Under the pieces are notes generated by a model, which saw only the letters and a list, made by a program, of their open reading frames with translations, searched no databases and was not told where the DNA came from. A stretch of DNA of 64,000 nt from Acidimicrobiia bacterium (lineage in GTDB: Bacteria > Actinomycetota > Acidimicrobiia > Acidimicrobiales > JANYDT01): positions 2,829 through 66,828 of the forward strand of contig JANMZO010000480.1 in assembly GCA_031383405.1 (NCBI GenBank), written 5' to 3'. Made by a program: the position numbers and the translations under genes. Every line of letters begins with the position of its first letter. Position 1 is the stretch's first letter. Below, piece after piece: positions 19,979 through 29,886 of this stretch.

Positions 19979-21502
19979 CTAATTGGCGATTGCGCCGATG
20001 AAACTGGAGAGATCGACGAGCTTCGTTACCAGGGCCGGGTAAACGCCGACGGCCATAACGCCCGCGATACAAAGACCCATCGCGAGCGTAAGCGAGGCCG
20101 GAATACGGATGGGCGTGCGGTCGCCGTCGGGAACCGGACGCATCCACATTTCCCGCATGATGCCGGCGTAGTAGTAGAACGCGATGACCGAGTTGACTGC
20201 TGCGATCACCGCGAGTCCCACGGCCCACGGGGTGCCCGCATCCATCAGCGACTTGAAGACGAAGAACTTCGCCCAGAAGCCACCGAACGGCGGAATACCC
20301 GCGAGCGAAAACATGAAGATTGTCATAGCCACGGCTGGAACCGGCGCGTAGCTCAGCAGCCCGCCATAGGAGCTGATCTCGCCGGACCGGGTCTTGCGGG
20401 CCACGATGATCACGATCGAGAACGCTCCAAGGTTCATCACGGCGTAGACGATCAGATAGGTCACGATAGCGTCGAATGAACTGCGTGCGGCCGACTCGTT
20501 GGCATTCGCAATAGCGAACGGCGCAAGGATGAACCCGGCCTGCGCTATCGACGAATACGCGAGCATACGGACGATGTTCGTTTGCTTCAACGCAATCAGG
20601 TTGCCGACAATCATCGTTGCGACAGCCAACACCCAGAACACCGGCTGCCAGACGTCTGAGCGTCCGAAGAAACCGACGTAGATCAACTGCATCAGGGCCA
20701 CGAACCCGGCGGCCTTCGACGCAACCGACAGGAACGCGGTGACCGGAGTAGGCGCGCCTTCATAGGTATCGGGCGCCCACTGATGGAACGGTACCGCCGA
20801 AACCTTGAAGGCGAAGCCGACGATGATCAAGAAGATCCCGACGGTGAGGATCGGCGGTGTGGAACCCGACCGCACGGTGGCTGCGATGTCGGTGAGCAAC
20901 GTGGCTCCGGTTACGCCGTAGACCAGCGACATACCGTAGAGCATCACGGCCGACGCGACGACACCGAGCAGGTAGTACTTCATCGCCGCCTCGTTGGACT
21001 TCGGGTCACGCTTTCGCCAACCAGCCAGCAGATACGCCGGGATCGACATTGTTTCCAGAGCGATGAAGATCGTGATCAGATCACGAGAGGAGCACATGAC
21101 AACCATGCCGAGCAGCGAACACACGAGGAGAAAGCTGAACTCGCCCTCGTAATAGTCGCCTTCCGACACGTAAAGCGAGGACAGCAGCAACACGATGTAA
21201 CCACTCAGCAGAAACATCGCCTTGAGGAGCAACGCGTAGTTGTCGACGACGTATCCGCCGCCGAACAACGAACGGTCCTGACCGTTGACAGCGAGGGTCA
21301 GCAGCGGGATGCCGGCGAGAGCGACGCCGATACCGGCGATGGTCGTAATCCAGAACTTCCGGGTTTCGTCGAGGAACAGATCGATGATCAGGATCGCGAC
21401 AGCAACGACGGTGAGAGCAATTTCGGGCGCTATTGCGTGGAGATCGACATGGGGGGCGTCGAACTTGGCAGCGCCAAGCACACCCGCAAGTGTTGCGAGC
21501 AT
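19979..21502 (-). CDS. nuoN: Complex I subunit N (cluster 2)
   Basis: EAAMKYYLLG, FKVSAVPFHQWAPDTYEGAP, MLAYSSIAQ. Confidence 0.93.
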   Translation of the reverse strand: MLATLAGVLGAAKFDAPHVDLHAIAPEIALTVVAVAILIIDLFLDETRKFWITTIAGIGVALAGIPLLTLAVNGQDRSLFGGGYVVDNYALLLKAMFLLSGYIVLLLSSLYVSEGDYYEGEFSFLLVCSLLGMVVMCSSRDLITIFIALETMSIPAYLLAGWRKRDPKSNEAAMKYYLLGVVASAVMLYGMSLVYGVTGATLLTDIAATVRSGSTPPILTVGIFLIIVGFAFKVSAVPFHQWAPDTYEGAPTPVTAFLSVASKAAGFVALMQLIYVGFFGRSDVWQPVFWVLAVATMIVGNLIALKQTNIVRMLAYSSIAQAGFILAPFAIANANESAARSSFDAIVTYLIVYAVMNLGAFSIVIIVARKTRSGEISSYGGLLSYAPVPAVAMTIFMFSLAGIPPFGGFWAKFFVFKSLMDAGTPWAVGLAVIAAVNSVIAFYYYAGIMREMWMRPVPDGDRTPIRIPASLTLAMGLCIAGVMAVGVYPALVTKLVDLSSFIGAIAN

Positions 21503-21510
21503 GGTCGTTC

Positions 21511-23034
21511 CTACCCGAAGACCTTCGTCAGCACCTGGACGGCCGGGTCGGTGACGTTGAACATGAGCTTCGGCCAGAGACCGAACACGACTATGCCAAT
21601 GAGGAGAGGGGTCCAGGCGAGCCATTCGTGCGTGGTCACATCATCGAACTCATGACCCTCCCACTCACTCTTTTGCGTACCGAAGGCGGTCCGCTGGTAG
21701 AGCCAGAGCAGGTAGCCGGCAGCGAACACGGTTCCGACCGCGGCGACAACCATAAGCGTGCGGAACAAGGCGACATTCAGCGCGGGGGCCGGCTGATATG
21801 TGGCCATGATCGCCGGGAACTCACCCCAGAAGCCGGCGAGACCGGGCAGACCGAGCGATGCCATCGAAGCGAAACCGAGTATCCAACCGAGACGGGGCAT
21901 GGTCTGCAGCATGCCACCCATTCGATTGATCTCGAGGGTGTGGAAGCGTTCCTTCACCGAACCGGCGCAGAAGAACAGCATGCCGGTGATGAGTCCGTGG
22001 GCGACCATGCCGAAGAGTGCAGCATTGATGCCGAAGCTCGTGAGCGTCGAGATGCCGAGCATCACATAGCCCATGTGCGCGACCGAGGAAAAGGCAATCA
22101 GCCGTTTCATATCGGTCTGGGCCAGACAGCCGAGCGCTCCGTAGATGATTCCGATCGCAGCCAGGATGCCGATGACGGGAGCCCAGGTCTTTGCCGCTTC
22201 GGGGAGGATCGGAATTGCGATCTTTATGAAACCGAACGTGCCGAGCTTCAGGAGGACGGCAGCCAGGATGACGGAGCCAACCGTCGGTGCCTCGGTGTGC
22301 GCGTCTGGCAACCACGTATGGAACGGGAACATCGGGACCTTGACCGCAAAGCCCATGAAGATACCTCCAAAGATCAGCGTCTGCGTGTTCTTCGGGATAC
22401 TTGCGTTGGCCACGTTGGCCGTGAGTTCAGCGATGTCGAACGTGCGGCCGGCCTTGAAGTAGAGCGCCAGGAAGCCCAGAAGCATGAACGCCGAACCGAA
22501 CATCGTGTAGAGGAAGAACTTGATCGAGGCGTACTGCCGGTTCGGCCCGCCCCACACGCCAATGAGGAAATACATCGGGAGCAGTGTGAGTTCGAAGAAG
22601 ACAAAGAACAGGATGAGGTCCTGGGCGACGAACACACCGTTCATGCCCACTTCGAGCAACAGCATCAGGGCGAGAAGGGCCTTGGGGTTGTGGGGTTCGG
22701 GCCAGTGGTCCCAGGAGTAGATGATGCAGAGAACAATCACCACGGTCGACAGCAGCAGCATAGGGAGGCCCATGCCATTGAGGCCGATGTGGTAGCGCGA
22801 GTTGATGACTTCGATCCAGCTCTTGTTCTGGACGAACTGGTTTTCGCCCGCTTTGTCAAAATTGAAATAGGTCGCCGCCACGACCGTCATGGCCATCGTC
22901 GCGAGAGCAAACCCGAGCCCGACGGTCTTTTGACTCGACTCATCATCGCGTGGCATGAGTGCGACGGCGATAGAGCCGAGTAGCGGCAGAAAGATGATGA
23001 GGGTGAGGCCCCAGTTGTTGACAAAACTTTCCAT
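21511..23034 (-). CDS. nuoM: Complex I subunit M (cluster 2)
   Basis: KFFLYT, KVPMFPFHTWLPDAHTEAP, LLKLG, FWGEF. Confidence 0.95.
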   Translation of the reverse strand: MESFVNNWGLTLIIFLPLLGSIAVALMPRDDESSQKTVGLGFALATMAMTVVAATYFNFDKAGENQFVQNKSWIEVINSRYHIGLNGMGLPMLLLSTVVIVLCIIYSWDHWPEPHNPKALLALMLLLEVGMNGVFVAQDLILFFVFFELTLLPMYFLIGVWGGPNRQYASIKFFLYTMFGSAFMLLGFLALYFKAGRTFDIAELTANVANASIPKNTQTLIFGGIFMGFAVKVPMFPFHTWLPDAHTEAPTVGSVILAAVLLKLGTFGFIKIAIPILPEAAKTWAPVIGILAAIGIIYGALGCLAQTDMKRLIAFSSVAHMGYVMLGISTLTSFGINAALFGMVAHGLITGMLFFCAGSVKERFHTLEINRMGGMLQTMPRLGWILGFASMASLGLPGLAGFWGEFPAIMATYQPAPALNVALFRTLMVVAAVGTVFAAGYLLWLYQRTAFGTQKSEWEGHEFDDVTTHEWLAWTPLLIGIVVFGLWPKLMFNVTDPAVQVLTKVFG

Positions 23035-23051
23035 GGCGTTTGGGGAGACTC

Positions 23052-25340
23052 CTAGACGAACAGGGCGAGGGCGAGGCCGATGATGCCAACACCACCGAGG
23101 AATAGAGCGGCGTAGTTTTGAACGCGACCGCTTTGGAGGATGCGAAGGACGCCGCCGCCTTCGCGGGCCGCTGATCCGGAGCCGTTGACGAGACCGTCGA
23201 CAAGCCCCTGGTCAACAAACTTGTAGACGAGCTTGCCACTGGCGGCAGCCCCGGTCCCCACCGTGTTGACCACTCCGTCGAGGACGTTTTGGTTGACCCA
23301 GTAGGCAGCTTTCGCAATCGGTCCCCGTATGGAACCAAAGACGACCCCGGTCCACAGGTGATCGAGGTAATACTTTTTCCTGAGGAGGTTGTGGAACCAG
23401 CGGGCCGGGGCAAAGCGACGGACTAACCCCAGGTCACCTTTCAGCACCCCGTAATAGACGGCCGAAGCCACAATGCCGCCGACGGCGAGAGCAATGGATG
23501 GGGCGGCAACGCTCCACGTGAACTCTCGGAGAAGCCCATTGTGAACGATTGATTCTTCAAAGACGCTGTTGGCGATGAAGTGCTCGAACCAATACTTACC
23601 CGGCCACTGCAGAAGGCCCACCAGCAGGGTTGGAATCGCCAGAAACACGAGCGGCGCAACAATCCACCAGTTCGACTCGTGTGGTCCGTCTTCCCCCCCG
23701 TGCGCGTCGCTGTGACCCGCATGCGCGTCGAGGGCCTCATGCACATCCTGGGTGTCGTGCGACACGTGCGTGTCGTGCTCATCTTGGACCTGTGCGTCTT
23801 GACCGTGGTCATCATGGGCCAAATGCAGACGGTTCTCGCCGAAGAACGTCTTGTACATAACCCGGGTCATGTACGCGGCCGTGAGGAAGGCACCGACACA
23901 ACCAGCCGCGAACGCGAAACCAAAGTGGTTCTCCTTCGCGTGCGTCAGGATTTCATCTTTGGAGAAGAAGCCCGAGAAAGGCGGAATTCCGGACAGCGCT
24001 AAATAACCCACGGTGAACGTACCAAACGTCCATTTCATCGATTTGCGCAATCCACCCATACGATCCATCTCGAAAGAGTGGTGGCTACCGGAATGCGAGA
24101 CCGAGCCAGCGGCCTGGAAGAGCAGCGCCTTGAAGAACGCGTGCGTGAAGAGGTGGAAGATCGCTCCGGCCCAGGCACCGACCGACAGGCCCATCACCAT
24201 GTAGCCGAGCTGCGACACGGTCGAGTACGCAAGCACCTTCTTGATGTCGGTCTGCACAAACGCGAGGAGCGCAGCCATCACGATCGTGATCGAACCGATC
24301 CAGGCACCGAGATTCATACCGCCGGCGGCGATGGAAAAGCCTTTGAAGAACACGCCGTAGAGGCGACCGAACAGATACACACCGGCAACGACCATCGTGG
24401 CCGCGTGGATGAGCGACGACGCGGGAGTCGGTCCGGCCATGGCATCGGGCAACCAGGTATGGAGCGGGAACTGGGCCGACTTGCCGACGACGCCACTGAA
24501 CAGGCAGCACGCCGAAACCAGCAGTAAGCCCTGTCTGATCCCACCGTTGAGGGCCAGTTCGTTGGTGTGCGCAATGTCGAATGTCTGACCCGAAGCCCAG
24601 AACAGGATGATGATACCTACGAGTAGACCGATGTCGCCGGTTCGGGTCGTCAGGAACGCCTTGACCGCGGCCGTGGAATTGTTGTTGTCCTCCCACCAGT
24701 GGCCGATGAGGAGGAACGAACACAGGCCCATCATCTCCCACCCGAAAAGCAGGCCGAGGGTCGTGGCACTCTGAACCATCCACAACATGGCGCCGGTGAA
24801 GAGAGCGAGCGATGCGAAGTAATGCACGAACCTGCTGTCAGTGCGGAGGTACTCCCGCGAGAAGACGTGCACACAGAACGAAATGAAACTGACCACGAAC
24901 AGCATCGCCACGGCGAAACCGTCGATATGGCTGCCCAGTTCGATCTTGACGTTGCCGTCGTTGTACCAGGTGATGATGTTGCGGACCGGCTCCCGGAGCA
25001 TGACGGGTCCTGCTTCTTCCGCCGCCTTGACCGCAAAGCCCCTGCTCCCACCGAACGAAAGCGCCGCTTCCTCGGTTGCCCCCTCGGTCGTTTCGGCCTT
25101 GGTCGTGGCACCCTCATTCGATCCGACCTCAGCGGTGACTTCGGTGGTGACTTCGGAAGTGACGGCAACCTTCTCACGCTGGTTCCACTGCACACCTGCG
25201 ACGGTGGACAGGACGAGACAGGCGGTTACGGCCAACTGGCCGACCCACCAACCACCCTGCGGCAGCTTCTTGCCGACGAACAAAATTATGACGAAGGCCC
25301 CAACCATCAGGGCAGGCAGAATCCACGCGTTCTGGAGCAT
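23052..25340 (-). CDS. nuoL: Complex I subunit L (cluster 2) with acidic and His-rich insertions
   Basis: GKSAQFPLHTWLPDAMAGPTP, IHAATMV, HAFFKALLF. Confidence 0.95.
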   Translation of the reverse strand: MLQNAWILPALMVGAFVIILFVGKKLPQGGWWVGQLAVTACLVLSTVAGVQWNQREKVAVTSEVTTEVTAEVGSNEGATTKAETTEGATEEAALSFGGSRGFAVKAAEEAGPVMLREPVRNIITWYNDGNVKIELGSHIDGFAVAMLFVVSFISFCVHVFSREYLRTDSRFVHYFASLALFTGAMLWMVQSATTLGLLFGWEMMGLCSFLLIGHWWEDNNNSTAAVKAFLTTRTGDIGLLVGIIILFWASGQTFDIAHTNELALNGGIRQGLLLVSACCLFSGVVGKSAQFPLHTWLPDAMAGPTPASSLIHAATMVVAGVYLFGRLYGVFFKGFSIAAGGMNLGAWIGSITIVMAALLAFVQTDIKKVLAYSTVSQLGYMVMGLSVGAWAGAIFHLFTHAFFKALLFQAAGSVSHSGSHHSFEMDRMGGLRKSMKWTFGTFTVGYLALSGIPPFSGFFSKDEILTHAKENHFGFAFAAGCVGAFLTAAYMTRVMYKTFFGENRLHLAHDDHGQDAQVQDEHDTHVSHDTQDVHEALDAHAGHSDAHGGEDGPHESNWWIVAPLVFLAIPTLLVGLLQWPGKYWFEHFIANSVFEESIVHNGLLREFTWSVAAPSIALAVGGIVASAVYYGVLKGDLGLVRRFAPARWFHNLLRKKYYLDHLWTGVVFGSIRGPIAKAAYWVNQNVLDGVVNTVGTGAAASGKLVYKFVDQGLVDGLVNGSGSAAREGGGVLRILQSGRVQNYAALFLGGVGIIGLALALFV

Positions 25341-25348
25341 GTTCGACC

Positions 25349-25648
25349 TCAGCCTTTCATCTGCGAGACGTCGGAAATGTCGATACTGCGACGGTTCCGG
25401 TAGATGAGTAGGACGATCGCGAGGCCGACACCGACTTCAGCGGCGGCCACCGCGATCGCAAACAGTGCGAATACGTGGCCGATGATGTTGTCGTTGCGAA
25501 CCGAGAACGCGATCAGGTTCATGTTGACGGAGTTGATCATCAACTCAATCGACATGAGGACCAACACGGCGTTGCGACGGGCCAGTACGCCGTAGACACC
25601 ACAGCAGAAGAGGAAGGCGGCAAGGATCAGAAACTGGTTGATCAACAT
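25349..25648 (-). CDS. nuoK: Complex I subunit K (cluster 2)
   Basis: [18 protein letters not shown]. Confidence 0.95.
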   Translation of the reverse strand: MLINQFLILAAFLFCCGVYGVLARRNAVLVLMSIELMINSVNMNLIAFSVRNDNIIGHVFALFAIAVAAAEVGVGLAIVLLIYRNRRSIDISDVSQMKG

Positions 25649-25656
25649 GGCAACGC

Positions 25657-26169
25657 TCAGTCCCTTCGGGCCACTACGACGGCGCCGACCAATGCGGCGA
25701 GCAGCAGGATCGACGTCACTTCAAACGGGACCAGGTACGTCGAAAAAATAGAGTCGGCCACCCGGGATGTTGTGACCCCGGAAGCGCCGCTTGCCAACCC
25801 GTTCTGGAGGTCGAGCTTCTCCTTGCCGAAGGCATCGATCAGGAGTGCACCGAGACCGGCGAACAGAAAGAGCGCTACCGCAGCCGAGATCGCCCTCTGG
25901 TCGTTGTCGAGCTGCTGCTCTTTGCCGATCGGAGCCCGGGTGAGCATGATCCCGAAGAGGATGAGCACCATGATCGCACCCACGTACACGAGAATCTGGA
26001 CCACAGCCACAAACTCGGCGGCGAGAAGGATGTACTGACCGGCCATACCGGACAGGACAATCACGAGATACAACGCGGCATGCACCACATTTTTCGTGGT
26101 GACGAGTTTGACGGCCGATATGGCCATCGCCGCGGCCAGGAGGCCAAAGAAGAGGTTCTGTGCGAACAC
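25657..26169 (-). CDS. nuoJ: Complex I subunit J (cluster 2)
   Basis: [22 protein letters not shown]. Confidence 0.94.
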   Translation of the reverse strand: MFAQNLFFGLLAAAMAISAVKLVTTKNVVHAALYLVIVLSGMAGQYILLAAEFVAVVQILVYVGAIMVLILFGIMLTRAPIGKEQQLDNDQRAISAAVALFLFAGLGALLIDAFGKEKLDLQNGLASGASGVTTSRVADSIFSTYLVPFEVTSILLLAALVGAVVVARRD

Positions 26170-26180
26170 GGGTCGGCAGG

Positions 26181-26699
26181 CTACTTCTTCTTGGCGTCGG
26201 CCCCAACCTCAAGGGCCGGCTTGGTGGGGACAGTTTCCATCCACTCGCCAAGACGTGTCTTGTCGTGCAGAAGGTCCGCGATGGTCGGGGTCGAGTACTC
26301 GTATTCCGGGCTCCAGAACAGCGCGTCGAACGGACAGACTTCCACACAGATACCGCAGTACATGCAGAGGCTGTAGTCGATGTCAAAACGATCGAGAAGC
26401 TGCACCGTTCGGGGCTTGCCACCTTCTCGGCGGGGTGGGGCCTTGTCTTTATGACCTTCGATGTAGATACACCAGTCGGGACAACTGCGGGAGCAGAGCA
26501 TGCACGCCGTGCAGTTCTCCTCCTTCAGGGCAATCACCCCGCGAGCCCGGGTTGGCGGGTCCTCACGGACGTGCGGATACTGGACCGTCTGGTTTGGACG
26601 GAACAACTCCTTGATCGTGACGCCGAGGCCGCCGGTGAGGCTGCGGGCGATGTCGCCGACCTTGGAATCGCGTAGCGCTCTCGGGAGTGGAAGAGGCAT
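26181..26699 (-). CDS. nuoI: Complex I subunit I (cluster 2), 2x[4Fe-4S]
   Basis: CTACMLCSRSCP and CMYCGICVEVCP; ATG overlaps the nuoH stop (TGATG). Confidence 0.93.
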   Translation of the reverse strand: MPLPLPRALRDSKVGDIARSLTGGLGVTIKELFRPNQTVQYPHVREDPPTRARGVIALKEENCTACMLCSRSCPDWCIYIEGHKDKAPPRREGGKPRTVQLLDRFDIDYSLCMYCGICVEVCPFDALFWSPEYEYSTPTIADLLHDKTRLGEWMETVPTKPALEVGADAKKK

Positions 26700-27751
26700 C
26701 AGAAGGCAACCTTCAAGACGGCGGTGACCATGATGTTCACGAGCGAAATCGGGATGAGGTACTTCCACGCGATCGACTGCAGTTGATCCTCGCGGAAACG
26801 GGGGTAGCTGAAGCGGAACCAGAAGATGAGAAATGCCACGAACATCACCTTGGCGAAGAGGATTCCCGGGCCGAGAACGTTGGCGAGATTGTTGGCGACC
26901 CAGGCGTCTGGCATTGGAAGGTACCAGCCGCCGAGGAAAAGCGTTGCCGCGATCGCCGAGAGGGCGAACGCCGAGGCGACCTCACCGAGGACGAACGACA
27001 GGAAGCGGAAGCCCGAGTACTCGGTCATGTATCCGGTAACGAGTTCGGATTCGGCGACCGGCATGTCGAAGGGGGCCTGTGTGAGTTCAGCTTGTGCGGC
27101 GATCATGAAGATCACAAACCCGACAAACTGCGTCGCGACGAACGGCATGCCGGCCAGGTTGAGACCGAAGATCTGGAACTGCTGCTGGGCGTGCACGATG
27201 TCCTGGAGGCTCATCGAACCCGCTTGGATAACGACACCAATGACGGCAAGCACCAGTGGGAGCTCGTAGGCAATGAGCTGGCCGGCGGCGCGGAGTGATC
27301 CCATGAGGGAGTACTTGTTGGCGCTCGCCCAACCGGCCATCAAGATGCCGAGCACACCTATCGATGAAACCGCCAGGGCATAAAAAATTCCAACTTTGAG
27401 GTCGCTGATGACGAGGTCGGGACCAGCCGGAATAACGAGATAGAGCATGAACGTCGACATGACAACGACGTACGGCGCCAACGAGAAGACCCACTTGTCG
27501 GCCTTCGCCGGGATGATGTCTTCCTTTTGGATGAACTTCACCGCGTCGCCGATGTTCTGGTACCAGCCGTGGAAACCTCCCGGGTCCATCGGGCCGAGGC
27601 GGGATTGCATGTGGGCCATCATCTTCAGCAGGAAGACATATCCAATCAGCAGGCCACCAACCGGAATGACGACCAGAACTGACAAGAGCTTGACGCTCGT
27701 CCAGAACCAGTAGGCATTGAGCGTGAAGTCGGCAAGGACGGCTGCGTTCAC
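26699..27751 (-). CDS. nuoH: Complex I subunit H (cluster 2)
   Basis: QSRLGP, DAVKFIQKED, PFDMPVAESELV, PRFREDQL; GTG at 27751 with GAGGG RBS. Confidence 0.94.
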   Translation of the reverse strand: MNAAVLADFTLNAYWFWTSVKLLSVLVVIPVGGLLIGYVFLLKMMAHMQSRLGPMDPGGFHGWYQNIGDAVKFIQKEDIIPAKADKWVFSLAPYVVVMSTFMLYLVIPAGPDLVISDLKVGIFYALAVSSIGVLGILMAGWASANKYSLMGSLRAAGQLIAYELPLVLAVIGVVIQAGSMSLQDIVHAQQQFQIFGLNLAGMPFVATQFVGFVIFMIAAQAELTQAPFDMPVAESELVTGYMTEYSGFRFLSFVLGEVASAFALSAIAATLFLGGWYLPMPDAWVANNLANVLGPGILFAKVMFVAFLIFWFRFSYPRFREDQLQSIAWKYLIPISLVNIMVTAVLKVAF

Positions 27752-27834
27752 GGATACCCTCGGGTCGACGAGGGGCAAGCCGACGTCCGGCAAACCGGTG
27801 CAAGCGGAGGGGGGATCGAAACAAACGTCTTCAT

Positions 27835-29067
27835 TTAACGATCAATGTCCCCGAGGATGAAGTACAGCGAACCGAGAATCGTGATGATATCGGGCACAAA
27901 GACACCCTTCGTCACCCATGGAACGATAGAGATGTTGTTGAAACTTGGTGTACGGATTTTGACGCGGAACGGACCGAGGCCCCCGTGGCTTACGACGTAA
28001 TAGCCCATTTCACCAAGTGGGTTCTCCGTCGAGACATACGTCTCTCCCGCCGGGACTTTGATGATCCGAGGAACTTTGGCCATGATCGGACCGGCCGGGA
28101 GGCCATCGAGAACTTGATCAACGATCTTGGTCGCCTCGCGAACTTCCTGCATGCGGACCCACAGGCGGGCGAAGCTGTCGGAATCGGTATGTGTCCATAC
28201 CTTCCAGTCGAGCTTGCTGTAGGCGAGCGGCGACGGTGTATCGCGACGCACGTCCCAGTCGACACCGCTGGCCCGGAGGTTTGCGCCCGACATCCCATAC
28301 TCCAGAGCCTTTTCAGCCGGGATGACGCCGGTACCGCGGGTGCGTTTCTGGAAGATCGCGTTGCCCATCATGAGGTCATCGAGCTGGTCGCAGAACGACC
28401 GCATCTTCCCCATGACCGTCTTGGTTTCGGCGATCCAACCCTTCGGAAGGTCTTCCTTGAGACCACCGATACGGTCGTAGTTCGGGTGGAACCGACCACC
28501 GGTCGCGGCTTCGATCTGGTTCAGGACGTGCTCGCGGTCACGGAAAGCAAAGAACACCGGGGTGATCGCGCCCATCTGCACGCCCATGTCGCCTATGCCG
28601 AGCGAAATGTTGGCAATGCGCGCCATCTCAAACAACGCGGTGCGGATCCACTGCGCACGCTGCGGCGCTTCGATCCCCATGAGTTCCTCGGCGGCCAGGA
28701 TGAATGGCACTTCGTTGGCAAAGCTGCCCAGCCAGTCGATCCGGTTCACCAGCGTGGTGATCTGCGGGTAGGTACGGACTTCGCAGAGCTTCTCGTAGCC
28801 ACGATGCATGTAGCCCATTACCGGTTCACAGCTGATGACCTGCTCGCCATCGAGCTTGGCGATGAGGCGTAGCGTGCCGTGCGTAGCCGGGTGCTGCGGG
28901 CCCAGATTGACCGTCATACCCTCGTCGGTCTCGAGTTGGACGTTGACGCGGATGTCAGCCGCCTGAGCGGCAATGTAGGCCGCCTGCTTCATCTCCTCCG
29001 GGCTGTTCGGATGAAACGACGTCGAGACCGCGTCGCCCAACCCGGACGGGTTCAATGTTGAAGTCAT
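27835..29067 (-). CDS. nuoD: Complex I subunit D (cluster 2)
   Basis: NLGPQHPATHGTLRL, GYMHRGYEK, C-terminal GDIDR; no NiFe CxxC motifs. Confidence 0.94.
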   Translation of the reverse strand: MTSTLNPSGLGDAVSTSFHPNSPEEMKQAAYIAAQAADIRVNVQLETDEGMTVNLGPQHPATHGTLRLIAKLDGEQVISCEPVMGYMHRGYEKLCEVRTYPQITTLVNRIDWLGSFANEVPFILAAEELMGIEAPQRAQWIRTALFEMARIANISLGIGDMGVQMGAITPVFFAFRDREHVLNQIEAATGGRFHPNYDRIGGLKEDLPKGWIAETKTVMGKMRSFCDQLDDLMMGNAIFQKRTRGTGVIPAEKALEYGMSGANLRASGVDWDVRRDTPSPLAYSKLDWKVWTHTDSDSFARLWVRMQEVREATKIVDQVLDGLPAGPIMAKVPRIIKVPAGETYVSTENPLGEMGYYVVSHGGLGPFRVKIRTPSFNNISIVPWVTKGVFVPDIITILGSLYFILGDIDR

Positions 29068-29789
29068 CAGGCTTCGCCACCTTCTTCGCCGACATCGCCG
29101 GCAATGGGTTCAACGCTGGTCAGGCCGGGCCACGGCTTCACTTCGCGGGCCAACAACGGAAAGTCTTTTCTGAGCGGATGGCCTTCGAAGGCGCCGGGTA
29201 GGTAGATGTGCTTCAGGTCGGGATGACCATCAAATCCGAATCCATACATTTCCCAGGCCTCACGCTCGTGCCAGTTGGCTCCGGGATAGAGCTTCTGGAT
29301 CGAGGCGACCCGGGGGTCCGCGGCGTCGAGATCGGCCTTCAGAACAACACCGCGCCTGTCCGCAATGGAAACCAACCGGGCGAACACCTGGAACCGGGTT
29401 GTACCACCGGCGAGACCCGTGCGGAAGGCAGCGGCTGCTTCGGTGGGAGCAACCTCACCAGCCGCCTCGGATTCCACGGGGGGAACCTCTTCGGCTCCGG
29501 TTTCGGCTTCTTGTTCTTCCTCGACTGAACCCCACACATTTTCGTAGCGGGTCGTCTGCAGCGGGCTGTCGAGCCAATCGAGGCCCGAGAGGAAACAGAA
29601 ATAGGTGAGACCGAGCTGTTTACGGCACGCCGTCGCCGCTTCCAACCAGGCGTCTGCGCTCACCCGGACGACGGCATCACGACGATTGACCGTGGCTTCG
29701 AGAACCCTATCTCCAAGGACCGACCGGAGACGAGAAATGTATTCCAGACAGGTCGCGTCAGACTCAACCGCTACTTCTTCGACGGGCAC
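29067..29789 (-). CDS. nuoC: Complex I subunit C (cluster 2) with acidic insertion
   Basis: ANWHEREAWEMYG...GHP...GHPLRKDFPL; GTG at 29789 preceded by TAGTCT 7 nt upstream. Confidence 0.9.
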   Translation of the reverse strand: MPVEEVAVESDATCLEYISRLRSVLGDRVLEATVNRRDAVVRVSADAWLEAATACRKQLGLTYFCFLSGLDWLDSPLQTTRYENVWGSVEEEQEAETGAEEVPPVESEAAGEVAPTEAAAAFRTGLAGGTTRFQVFARLVSIADRRGVVLKADLDAADPRVASIQKLYPGANWHEREAWEMYGFGFDGHPDLKHIYLPGAFEGHPLRKDFPLLAREVKPWPGLTSVEPIAGDVGEEGGEA

Positions 29790-29886
29790 GGCGCAAAGAC
29801 TAGTGAATGAACGACCCCACCTAACAAACGTCGGTGGAAAAACGATGAGATTTTTCACTTTTCTCGAACGAATCACCGCTGGCCGT

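Noticed and set aside
27835-29067. Cluster 2 as a group 4 [NiFe]-hydrogenase
   Set aside because: The large subunit lacks both the RxCxxC and DPCxxC nickel-binding motifs and has the quinone-site GPQHP motif; nuoA and nuoJ are present.
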